From Chthonomonadales bacterium (GTDB lineage Bacteria > Armatimonadota > Chthonomonadetes > Chthonomonadales > Chthonomonadaceae), in the NCBI GenBank assembly GCA_038217285.1, contig JBBQPO010000158.1, forward strand, positions 1 through 14,603: DNA of 14,603 bases. Direction: 5' to 3'. Position 1 is the stretch's first letter, and the number at the start of each line of letters is the position of its first letter. The translations under genes and the position numbers were made by a program. Shown in pieces: positions 1-7,645 of the stretch. The notes under the pieces are model-generated. The model had not been told where the DNA came from, did no database searches, and saw nothing but the letters and a program-made list of their open reading frames with translations.

Positions 1-939
1 TACGTCGCGACCTATAATGTAGCGTCTCCGACCGCCTCACGCATCTTTGCGTTCGATATGGAGAGCGGGCACCTCTTGCGGACGCTGGGCGGGTCGCCCG
101 GGCAGGAGTTGATCGCGCAGGGAGCCTTATTGGGGCTGGCGATCGACCCCGCGACCGGAGACCTCTACTCTGCGGCCAATTTCGCAGGGCAGATCCTTCG
201 GATACAGCGTCCGAGCAGCGAGAAGCCGAAGGTGTCACTGTACGCGCAGTTTCCGGCTGGAGGCGGCACTGAGGATCTGGTCTTCCATCCGAACGGGACC
301 CTCATCGCCTCCGACTCCAATGCGGGCGTCGTCTACTCTATTCCTCCGGGCGGAGGACGGATCCACCTGATCATTGGCCCGACGGGTTCCGGTGCGGCGG
401 TCGATGACCTGGGTCTGCTGCAGGCTCCGGTGGCGGGTCTGAGCCCTAACGGAGTAACGTTCTCCAAAGATGCGCGCACCCTCTTCGTCGCCAATACCTT
501 CACCGACAGCGTGATCGCGTTCCCGGTCTCCGCACAGGGCAAAGTCAGCGGTCCGCCGCGTGTGTTCGCGCACTATCCGAACCACGATATGCCGGAGTAT
601 CCGTACGGATTTGAGGCGCTTATCCAGCCCGACACCCGTATCGGGCTGACGGCAGGCACCCCGATGAACGGTCCGGACGGACTGAAGACCGATGACAACG
701 GCCTTATCTGGGCCGCCAGCTTCTTCGGAGACAACCTGACGGCGCTCGACCCGGAGACGGGCCGCATCGTCAAGACCCTGGGCTCGTCCGCGGTCACGGC
801 AGGCGGCACGCTCAACAATCCCACCGGCATCGCGTTCGCCGGCAATTCGGTCTTCTGTTCGAATCTGGGTATCTTCACCGACGGCTCGAACTCTAACCCC
901 GTTCTGCCGTGGCGTATCGCCCGTTTCGACAACCTCTGA
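1..939 (+). CDS. SMP-30/gluconolactonase/LRE-family beta-propeller protein, 5'-partial
   Basis: Frame is open from base 1 (YVATYNVASPTASRIFAFDM...), so the true start is probably upstream of the window. Repeated propeller-blade motifs: GLAIDPATGDLY, EDLVFHPNGTLIASD, SPNGVTFSKDARTLFVANT, GPDGLKTDDNGLIWAA, NNPTGIAF. Stop TGA 937-939. Confidence 0.7.
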   Translation, partial: YVATYNVASPTASRIFAFDMESGHLLRTLGGSPGQELIAQGALLGLAIDPATGDLYSAANFAGQILRIQRPSSEKPKVSLYAQFPAGGGTEDLVFHPNGTLIASDSNAGVVYSIPPGGGRIHLIIGPTGSGAAVDDLGLLQAPVAGLSPNGVTFSKDARTLFVANTFTDSVIAFPVSAQGKVSGPPRVFAHYPNHDMPEYPYGFEALIQPDTRIGLTAGTPMNGPDGLKTDDNGLIWAASFFGDNLTALDPETGRIVKTLGSSAVTAGGTLNNPTGIAFAGNSVFCSNLGIFTDGSNSNPVLPWRIARFDNL

Positions 940-952
940 CCGCTTCTACGAA

Positions 953-994
953 GAGCAAACCGCGACGCGCCTCTGTGTGCGTCGCGGTTTGCTC
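953..994 (+). terminator. Strong stem-loop downstream of the beta-propeller gene (terminator-like or RNA-stabilising)
   Basis: Perfect 16-bp inverted repeat GAGCAAACCGCGACGC (953-968) / GCGTCGCGGTTTGCTC (979-994), 13 nt after the stop codon. No U-tract follows the stem. Confidence 0.6.
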
Positions 995-1074
995 GCAGGA
1001 GAGAACAGACCTGCCTGAGACATCGAACCACGTTACGCCAATCCTCTGATACTTTTGAATACCTCCCCACCCTC

Positions 1075-1102
1075 TTGACATGGCAACAAATCGTAGTATA
1101 AT
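1075..1102 (+). promoter_or_regulatory. Sigma70-type promoter of the abiE operon
   Basis: TTGACA (1075-1080), 16-nt spacer, TATAAT (1097-1102); both hexamers match consensus exactly. Confidence 0.8.
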
Positions 1103-1126
1103 AGGGCTAAGTTCCTACGGTTTGTT
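1085..1126. promoter_or_regulatory. Inverted repeat straddling the -10 box, candidate AbiEi autorepression operator
   Basis: AACAAATCGTAG (1085-1096) and CTACGGTTTGTT (1115-1126) are 11/12 reverse-complementary and 18 nt apart. AbiEi antitoxins are known to autorepress through promoter inverted repeats. Confidence 0.55.
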
Positions 1127-1148
1127 TTACTCTCAACGAGGGTCCCCT

Positions 1149-1754
1149 ATGTCAAACACACAAACAAAACACAGCAGCCTGCCGACGTTGGGTGACGGCC
1201 TTCTGCGCACCAGTGAACTGGCACGCCACGGGCTTTCGCGCGGTCAGATTACGCGACTGACACAGCAAGGAGAACTCCTACGGGTGGGCCGTGGGCTCTA
1301 CAGTCGGCCGGACGCGACGGTAACAGAGAACCATACGCTCGCCCAAGTCTGCGCACGTGTGCCCCACGGGGTTATCTGCCTGGCCTCTGCCCTGCAGTTC
1401 CATGAGCTGACAACCCAGAACCCCTGGCAGGTGTGGCTTCTCGTCGAAAACCATGCCCGAGCGCCGCAGATGGAGGATCCCCCACTCCGTCTCGTGCGTG
1501 CCAGTGGAGACGCCTTCACAGCAGGCGTCTTGGAACAGGAGATCGAGGGAGTGACCGTGCGGGTAACCAATGTCGCGAAGACAGTCGCCGACTGCTTCAA
1601 GTACCGCAACAAGATCGGCCTTTCTATCGCTCTGGAAGCCCTCAAAGAGGCCCTGGCGGAACGCCGTACCGACAGGGCGACACTTCGGGAATATGCCCGC
1701 CTCTGCCGTGTGGAGCACGTCATGGCGCCCTATATGGAGGCCCTGGCCGTATGA
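1149..1754 (+). CDS. abiEi: Type IV toxin-antitoxin system AbiEi-family antitoxin / transcriptional regulator
   Basis: N-terminal wHTH (GLLRTSEL...GELLRVGRGLY), GVICLASALQFHELT, and C-terminal KTVADCFKYRNKIG...EALKE...PYMEAL are typical of this family. Start placed at ATG 1149 after GAGG; the ORF-track start at 1080 lies inside the promoter. ATGA overlap with the toxin gene. Confidence 0.88.
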   Translation: MSNTQTKHSSLPTLGDGLLRTSELARHGLSRGQITRLTQQGELLRVGRGLYSRPDATVTENHTLAQVCARVPHGVICLASALQFHELTTQNPWQVWLLVENHARAPQMEDPPLRLVRASGDAFTAGVLEQEIEGVTVRVTNVAKTVADCFKYRNKIGLSIALEALKEALAERRTDRATLREYARLCRVEHVMAPYMEALAV

Positions 1755-2375
1755 ACGCTCAGACCGGCAACCTGCCCGCTTCCGTCAGGCAGCGTCTCCT
1801 TACGCTGGCAAAGGCCCGCAACGAGGACTTTCAGCGTGTGCTCGTGCAGGACGCGCTGGAACGGTTGCTCTATCGGCTGACTCGGTCCCAGTACGCGGAT
1901 CGTTTTATCCTCAAAGGTGCGCTCCTCTTTATGCTCTGGATGAAGGAGCCGCACCGCAGAACCCGCGACCTGGATCTGCTGGGTGCAGGTGATCCTTCCC
2001 CCGAGTACCTGACCCTGCTCTTTCAAGAACTCTGCACTCTTCCGGTGGAGGCGGACGGGCTGGTGTTCGATGCAGCCTCCGTTGTCGCCCGGCCTATTCG
2101 GGAAGAGAACCTCTATGGCGGCGTGCGCGTGACCCTCAAGGCCTTCCTCGATGCCGCACGTATTCCTCTGCAGATTGATGTGGGATTTGGAGATGCAGTG
2201 GTGGGCGTTCCTTCATCAGAGCGCATCCCTACCTCGGCAGGCGCTTGCGCTCGATGAGGTAATTGCGTTCAGAAGGACATTCCTGCTGCCTGTGCTGAGC
2301 ACAGGTGAGACTTGGACTAGAACGTGGCCGCCGGGCGGACCCTGGCAGAATAACGATATGAACGAAGGCAAATGA
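1751..2375 (+). pseudogene. abiEii: AbiEii/AbiGii-family nucleotidyltransferase toxin, internally deleted and frameshifted
   Basis: ATG 1751 overlaps the abiEi stop. N-terminal part has ASVRQRL, LERLLYRL, LKGALL, RRTRDLDL, YGGVRV and IDVGFGDAV, then runs out to a stop at 2257 (168 aa). The family-like C-terminus (QWWAFL...LDEVIAFRRTFLLPVL...WPPGGPW) is in the +1 frame, ending 2375. The expected central segment (YP.ETV.AEK...N.RMKD.YD type) is not evident in the intervening sequence. Confidence 0.8.
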
Positions 2376-2408
2376 CCTGGTCTACTCTCAATTGTATGCA
2401 AACCATAC

Positions 2409-3782
2409 TCAATGGTCTGGGGCGGCATGCTGTCGGACGGAGAGAGGAACCTCTCCAACGGTGTAGAACGATCCGGTCACCAGGATCATATCGTCCGGCG
2501 CGGCTTCGGCAATCGCAGCCTGAACGGCGGCAGCGACGTTGGGAATGACCTCGACATTTGGCGTGAAGCGGAGAGCGGCCGCCGCGATCTCTTCCGCAGG
2601 CAACGCGCGTTTCCAGTCCGGTTGGCAAACGTAGATGCGAGCGGCTTCCGTGGCGAAGGGAGCGAGAACCTCGGTGGGATCGTGCCCTCCCACCATGCCG
2701 ATGACCAGCAATAGGCGCTGAATCCGGTGCTGCTCCCGAAAGGCGGTGATCGGGCCGTGCAAGGCTGCTGCCGCAATACCGTTGTGGGCTCCGTCCAGAA
2801 TGAGTCGCGCACCGTTGGGTAGACCGATCTCCTGCATTCTGCCGGGGAGGTGCGTTGTCGCCAGCGCGGCGCGCACGGCCTCCGGGGAGAGCGTGTGCCC
2901 GTTGGCCTGGAGCGCGTATTCCGCTGCGGCGACGGCGCAGGCCGCGTTGACACGTTGATACAGTCCGTGCATACGCATGCTTAGATCGGTATAGAGATGG
3001 TGCGGCGTCGCGATACGGAATTTCGACTGATGCGGACTGATCGCCTCGCCGGCTCCCTTCTCCGAACTCCAGCGAATCTGCGCGGCGTCGCGCGTTGGCG
3101 CGTCTGCGTCTCCCTGTCGGATCAGGGTCAACGGAACGGCCCGCTCCGAGGCTATCCGTTCGATAACTTCGAGCGCTTCGGCATTCTCCACCGCCGTAAA
3201 GCAAGGCGCTCCACGCTTGAGGATTCCGGCTTTCTCTGCGGCGATCAGCGCGTGCGTGTCGCCCAGTATCTGCGTATGGTCGAGGCCGATGTTGGTGATA
3301 ACGGTCACGGTCGGCTTCACCAGATTGGTGGCGTCGAGTCGGCCGCCGATCCCGACTTCGATGCAGGCATAATCGACCTTCTGCTCGGCGAAATAGAGAA
3401 AACCGATCAGCGTCTTGAGCTCGAACTCCGTCGTCTGACCCAGCTCCGTCTGCGCCAACGCCTCGATATGCGGCCGCGCCAGGGAGACAAGGCGCGCGAA
3501 ATCCTCACGCGGGATCATCGCGCCGTTCACCTGGACGCGCTCCCGGACATCGAATACGTAGGGCGAAAAGTAGCTGCCGACCTTATAGCCGGCATGCTGC
3601 AAAACGGCCGCCGCCAGCGCGGTCGTCGAGCCTTTGCCCTTGGTTCCGGCGACATGAACGATGGCGTAATGGTCCTGCGGACTGCCCAACCGCGCGCACA
3701 GCGCCTCGAACCGCCCGTTGCCGAGTTTCCAGCCGAAGCGTATAAGGCCCTCCATATAATGGAGGGCGTCTTCATACTCCAT
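2409..3782 (-). CDS. folC: Folylpolyglutamate synthase / dihydrofolate synthase
   Basis: VHVAGTKGKGST P-loop, EVGIGGRLDATN, ITNIGLDHTQILG, IAAEKAGI, PGRMQ, ILDGAHN, VTGSFYTVG. Confidence 0.95.
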   Translation of the reverse strand: MEYEDALHYMEGLIRFGWKLGNGRFEALCARLGSPQDHYAIVHVAGTKGKGSTTALAAAVLQHAGYKVGSYFSPYVFDVRERVQVNGAMIPREDFARLVSLARPHIEALAQTELGQTTEFELKTLIGFLYFAEQKVDYACIEVGIGGRLDATNLVKPTVTVITNIGLDHTQILGDTHALIAAEKAGILKRGAPCFTAVENAEALEVIERIASERAVPLTLIRQGDADAPTRDAAQIRWSSEKGAGEAISPHQSKFRIATPHHLYTDLSMRMHGLYQRVNAACAVAAAEYALQANGHTLSPEAVRAALATTHLPGRMQEIGLPNGARLILDGAHNGIAAAALHGPITAFREQHRIQRLLLVIGMVGGHDPTEVLAPFATEAARIYVCQPDWKRALPAEEIAAAALRFTPNVEVIPNVAAAVQAAIAEAAPDDMILVTGSFYTVGEVPLSVRQHAAPDH

Positions 3783-3793
3783 AATGATCCAAC

Positions 3794-4798
3794 CTATTTG
3801 TCGAAGTTGGAATCAAAGGCGATATCTGAGGGTTTGAAGTCGGCCTGACGCACGAACTCCGCCGCTTCCGTCGCGCCGTGTTCGCGATCCATGCCGCTGT
3901 CCTCCCACTCGACGGAGAGGGGGCCTTGATAGTTGATATAGTTCAGGGCGCGGATGATCTCCTCGAAGTCGATGGTGCCGTGCCCGAGCGAGCGGAAGTC
4001 CCAGTAGCGTTCCGGACTGCCGAAGTTGACGTGACCGCCGAAGACGCCGACCTTTTTGGGAGTGGGGGACCAGTAGACGTCCTTCATGTGGACATGGAAG
4101 ATACGCTCCGGGAACTCATAAATGAACTGCACATAGTCCACGCCCTGATACCCGAGGTGGCTGGGATCGAAATTGAAGCCGAAGGCCGGGTGATTGCCAA
4201 GGGCATCCAGCGTGCGGCGCGCGGAGACGATGTCGAAGGCGATCTCCGTCGGATGCACTTCCAGCGCGAACCGAACCCCATTCTCCGCGAAGACATCCAG
4301 GATCGGCGTCCAGCGCTCTTTGAGCAAGGCGTAACCGGCTTCGATCTGACCCGGCATAACGGGAGGGAAAGAGTAGAGCAGATGCCAGATAGAGGAGCCG
4401 GTAAAGCCGTTGACGACGCCGACACCGAGGTTTTTGGCCGCTCTCGCCGTCAGTTTCATCTCTTCGGCGGCGCGGGCATTGACTCCGGCCGGGTCGCCGT
4501 CGCCCCAGACGTGGGCGGGCAGAATGGCTTTGTGCCGCTCGTCGATGATGTCGAGGACGCCCTGCCCCACGAGGTGGTTGCTGATGGCCCAGGTCTTGAG
4601 GCCGTTTTTCGCCAGGATGTCGTGCCGCGACTGGCAGTAGGCGGCGCTGTCGGGACCGGTCGCCTGAACAGGGTCGAAGTGGTCGCCCCAGCAGGGCAGT
4701 TCGATGCCGTCGTAGCCGAACGCTTTCGCTTTCGCGGCGGCGGTCTCAAAGGGTAAGTCGGCCCATTGGCCGGTAAAGAGCGTGACAGGTCGCGCCAT
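3794..4798 (-). CDS. Sugar phosphate isomerase/epimerase (xylose isomerase-like TIM barrel, IolE/IolI-like), 334 aa
   Basis: Start [16 protein letters not shown] at ATG 4798 with [25 protein letters not shown] plus metal-ligand motifs [20 protein letters not shown] and SVEWED. Confidence 0.88.
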   Translation of the reverse strand: MARPVTLFTGQWADLPFETAAAKAKAFGYDGIELPCWGDHFDPVQATGPDSAAYCQSRHDILAKNGLKTWAISNHLVGQGVLDIIDERHKAILPAHVWGDGDPAGVNARAAEEMKLTARAAKNLGVGVVNGFTGSSIWHLLYSFPPVMPGQIEAGYALLKERWTPILDVFAENGVRFALEVHPTEIAFDIVSARRTLDALGNHPAFGFNFDPSHLGYQGVDYVQFIYEFPERIFHVHMKDVYWSPTPKKVGVFGGHVNFGSPERYWDFRSLGHGTIDFEEIIRALNYINYQGPLSVEWEDSGMDREHGATEAAEFVRQADFKPSDIAFDSNFDK

Positions 4799-4841
4799 AG
4801 TGTCGTGTCTCCTCCTCGATACATTACATTTCGTACTGTCG

Positions 4842-4872
4842 GCGTTCCTGCCACAGCGTTGGGGCGGAACGC
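4842..4872. other. Intergenic hairpin between the DUF4015-like gene and the isomerase gene
   Basis: GCGTTCC (4842-4848) / GGAACGC (4866-4872) with inner GCC/GGC pairing. No U-tract. Confidence 0.35.
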
Positions 4873-4880
4873 AGGCCGCG

Positions 4881-6146
4881 TCAGGGTTTTGCGGCACTCT
4901 TTGTTGCTGCCGCCCCAGGGGTCGGCTTCTCGCCAGTGCTGCCCGTAGGCGGGGCACTCACAGCGGGGGCGGTAGGAGTTGGCTGCGTGTGCGGCGTCTT
5001 GTCTTTGCCCTTGCTCAGCGCGGCCTCGCTGAAGCGGTTGCTGGCGTTCCAGAGCAGGAAGTCGTGGATACCCAGATCGCTTAGCGCCTTGATCTGCGCC
5101 TTGACGTCCGCCGGGCCGTAGCGCACATGGCGCAGACTGAAGTCCTGGATCCAGGGGCGCAGCTTGCATTTCGGGTTCGCGATCAGGCGTTTCTGGGCAT
5201 CGCCCACCGAGAGCGTGATGGTCTTGTACGGCTCTTTGTTCGGATCCTTCATGCCGTACTCGCCGTAGGCATAGTGCGAGGGATAGACCATTGGGCTCAG
5301 AAAGTCGACATCCTGGACGACCTTTTCGAACTTCTGGCCGATCCCTTCATCGTCCTTGACGCGGCTGGTCAGGCCGAAGACGTCCGCCGAGAACCAGCCG
5401 CCCTGCGCGTGGATCTTCTCGGCGGCATACTTGAGAAAGGCCGCGATCTGATCTTCGCGTTTCGCACCCTCGGGCTTGCCGACGTACTGAAGGTTCTTAC
5501 TTTCGCTCGTAAAGCGCACATAATCGAACTGAATGTCTTTGAAGCCATGTTTGAGGGCGTCGAGTGCGATATCGACATTGTAGTCCCACACCTTTTTGCT
5601 ATACGGATTGAGCCAGTAGTGGTGGGTGCGGTCGTGCCACAGATTGCCGTTGGCATCGTGAACGGCGAGTTCCGGATGGGCGCGCGCCAGGTTGTTGTCC
5701 CGCATGCAGGCGATGCGGGCGATGGGAAAGATATGATGGGCGTTCAGTGTCGCGATGACCGGGTCTACTTTATAGGCATGACTGAGCGCCTTCGACTCCT
5801 TCGCCATCGGTATATCCATATCGTAGTAGATTTCGCCATCGTCTTTGACATCGATGACCATCGCGTTAAGCTCGGTACGGTCGACCATAGCGACCAGGTT
5901 GGCGAAGCGCTTCTTGGTGCCCGCAGACCAACCCGTGAGATAGATTCCTCGCACCCCTTCCGGAGGCAGCGGCGCTCGTTCGGGTGGTCCGGTCGGCTTC
6001 GTCGGAGCGGCCTTCGCGAGCGGGACCGGACCATCGTTAGTGGCAACGGCAGTGGGTTTGTTGTGGCAGCCCGGCTGTGCGACCACAAGAAGAAGGAATG
6101 GCAGTGCGAGCCGTATGCCAGCGCGCGGAAGGCGAATAGATTTCAT
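4881..6146 (-). CDS. Putative glycoside hydrolase (DUF4015-like), exported, possibly a lipoprotein
   Basis: [90 protein letters not shown]. Start placed at ATG 6146 ([10 protein letters not shown]...), followed by a hydrophobic stretch and a Cys (AQPGC). Pro/Thr/Ala-rich linker and tail. Confidence 0.8.
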   Translation of the reverse strand: MKSIRLPRAGIRLALPFLLLVVAQPGCHNKPTAVATNDGPVPLAKAAPTKPTGPPERAPLPPEGVRGIYLTGWSAGTKKRFANLVAMVDRTELNAMVIDVKDDGEIYYDMDIPMAKESKALSHAYKVDPVIATLNAHHIFPIARIACMRDNNLARAHPELAVHDANGNLWHDRTHHYWLNPYSKKVWDYNVDIALDALKHGFKDIQFDYVRFTSESKNLQYVGKPEGAKREDQIAAFLKYAAEKIHAQGGWFSADVFGLTSRVKDDEGIGQKFEKVVQDVDFLSPMVYPSHYAYGEYGMKDPNKEPYKTITLSVGDAQKRLIANPKCKLRPWIQDFSLRHVRYGPADVKAQIKALSDLGIHDFLLWNASNRFSEAALSKGKDKTPHTQPTPTAPAVSAPPTGSTGEKPTPGAAATKSAAKP

Positions 6147-6217
6147 AAATGGTCCGATTGAGTAGAGATAGACTTCCGGTGCATGCGGAAGTCGGGAGAG
6201 GCAATTTGCTGGAAAGT

Positions 6218-6246
6218 ATTCTAACACACTTCCGACGGCTTGTCTA
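6218..6246 (-). promoter_or_regulatory. Sigma70-type promoter for the DUF4015-like / isomerase / folC run
   Basis: Minus strand TAGACA (6246-6241), 17-nt spacer, extended -10 TGtTAGAAT (TAGAAT = 6223-6218). Confidence 0.6.
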
Positions 6247-6298
6247 TCGGCGGAAAAAATATTTTCGCATGGGACGGCTGAGGGGCCGCGGAGATGCG

Positions 6299-6327
6299 TT
6301 GACAGGCCGGAAATGCTGTGCTATCCT
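6299..6327 (+). promoter_or_regulatory. Sigma70-type promoter for tyrS
   Basis: TTGACA (6299-6304), 17-nt spacer, extended -10 TGcTATCCT (TATCCT = 6322-6327). Confidence 0.65.
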
Positions 6328-6397
6328 GAATGCACACGAAATCGATCTCGTCGCTGTCCTGTAACTGACGAGTTTATTGATAGGAGAAATCGACGTT

Positions 6398-7645
6398 TTG
6401 GAAACCAACGAATTCAGCGCGACCGTCCATTTGCACGCGGAACGGCTGCGGCGCGGAGCCTTGCAGATCGTGCCGGAAAACGGTCTCGAACAGAAACTGA
6501 TGAAATCGGAGCAGACCGGCAAGCCGCTCCGGATCAAACTCGGCCTGGACCCGACCGCGCCGGACATCCATCTCGGGTTCGCGGTCGTGCTGCGCAAGCT
6601 GCGGCAGTTTCAAGACCTGGGACATCAGGTCGTCATTATCATCGGGGACTATACGGCGCTGATCGGGGATCCCTCCGGCAAGTCCGTGACCCGTCCCATG
6701 CTATCGGAAGAGGAGATACTTGCGAACGGCGCGACGTACGTCGATCAGTTGACTCGCATCCTCGACCGTGACCGCACCGAAATCCGGTTTAACAGCGAGT
6801 GGCTGGGCAAACTGAACTTCGCGGAACTCGTGCGCCTCACCTCCAAAGTGACGGTCGCGCGCATTCTCGAACGCGACGATTTCGCCAAGCGTCTCGCCGC
6901 GCACCAGCCGATCAGCCTCCACGAACTGCTCTACCCTCTGGCGCAGGCCTACGACTCCGTCTGCATTGCGGCCGACGTCGAAATGGGCGGACAGGACCAG
7001 ATGTTCAATATTCTGGCGGGACGGGACTTGCAGGAGAAAGAGGGGATGGACGCGCAGATCGGCATGTTCATGCCGCTGCTGGTCGGCCTCGACGGCGTCA
7101 AGAAGATGAGCAAGTCGCTCGGCAACTATGTCGCTATCGGCGATTCTCCCGACGTTATGTTCGGCAAGCTGCTCTCGATCTCCGACTCCATGATGCGCGA
7201 CTATTTCGTCCTCTGCACCGATGTTCCGCTGGCGGAGATCAACACGCTGCTCGCCGAGGCAGAGAGCGGCGTGACCAATCCTAAAGTGGTGAAGTCGCGT
7301 CTCGCTCGGGAGATCATCGCCCTCTATCACGACAAGCCCGCTGCCGATGCCGCCGAGGCGGAGTGGAACCGTATTCACTCCGCCGGAGAGGCGCCAGTCG
7401 ATATGCCGGACGTGACAGTCCCTGCCGACAGCGCGAAAGATGGCAGAGTCTGGGTCTGCAAACTGCTTATCGTCGCGGGTCTGGCGAAGAGCAACGGCGA
7501 TGCACGGCGACTGGTCGAGCAGGGGGGCGTCTCCCTCAACGGGGCGAAGATCGCAGATCCTGGCGCGGAACTCCCGCTCGACGGCCTCAACGACGCGGTT
7601 CTACGGGTGGGAGCGCGCCGGTATGTCCGGCTTCACCTCGTCTGA
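6398..7645 (+). CDS. tyrS: Tyrosine--tRNA ligase
   Basis: IKLGLDPTAPDIHLGF (HIGH-like), IGDYTALIGDPSGK, YPLAQAYDS, GGQDQMFN, KMSKS, and C-terminal S4 domain (SNGDARRLVEQGGV). Start probably TTG 6398 after AGGAG 6382-6386; the ORF track uses TTG 6377. Confidence 0.97.
   Translation: METNEFSATVHLHAERLRRGALQIVPENGLEQKLMKSEQTGKPLRIKLGLDPTAPDIHLGFAVVLRKLRQFQDLGHQVVIIIGDYTALIGDPSGKSVTRPMLSEEEILANGATYVDQLTRILDRDRTEIRFNSEWLGKLNFAELVRLTSKVTVARILERDDFAKRLAAHQPISLHELLYPLAQAYDSVCIAADVEMGGQDQMFNILAGRDLQEKEGMDAQIGMFMPLLVGLDGVKKMSKSLGNYVAIGDSPDVMFGKLLSISDSMMRDYFVLCTDVPLAEINTLLAEAESGVTNPKVVKSRLAREIIALYHDKPAADAAEAEWNRIHSAGEAPVDMPDVTVPADSAKDGRVWVCKLLIVAGLAKSNGDARRLVEQGGVSLNGAKIADPGAELPLDGLNDAVLRVGARRYVRLHLV

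Noticed and set aside
1433..1750. N-terminal extension of the 274-aa ORF 1433..2257
   Set aside because: Overlaps abiEi out of frame; toxin-like sequence begins at ATG 1751 with ATGA coupling.
2151..2375. Independent 74-aa gene, or programmed frameshift restoring AbiEii
   Set aside because: It reads as the toxin's C-terminal remnant. No slippery site is evident, and a frameshift could not restore the missing central segment.
3540..3580. FolC omega-loop FSPYV instead of TSPHL as a sign of altered function
   Set aside because: Aromatic substitutions at this position occur in functional FolC enzymes, and all other motifs are intact.
4799..4957. Upstream extensions of ORF-track calls (isomerase to 4957, DUF4015-like to 6227, M48 to 9028, abiEi to 1080)
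   Set aside because: They overlap neighbouring genes or promoter boxes; better-supported starts lie downstream.
6328..6397. T-box riboswitch upstream of tyrS
   Set aside because: Predicted leader is only about 65 nt, with no T-box GGTGGNACC motif and no terminator.
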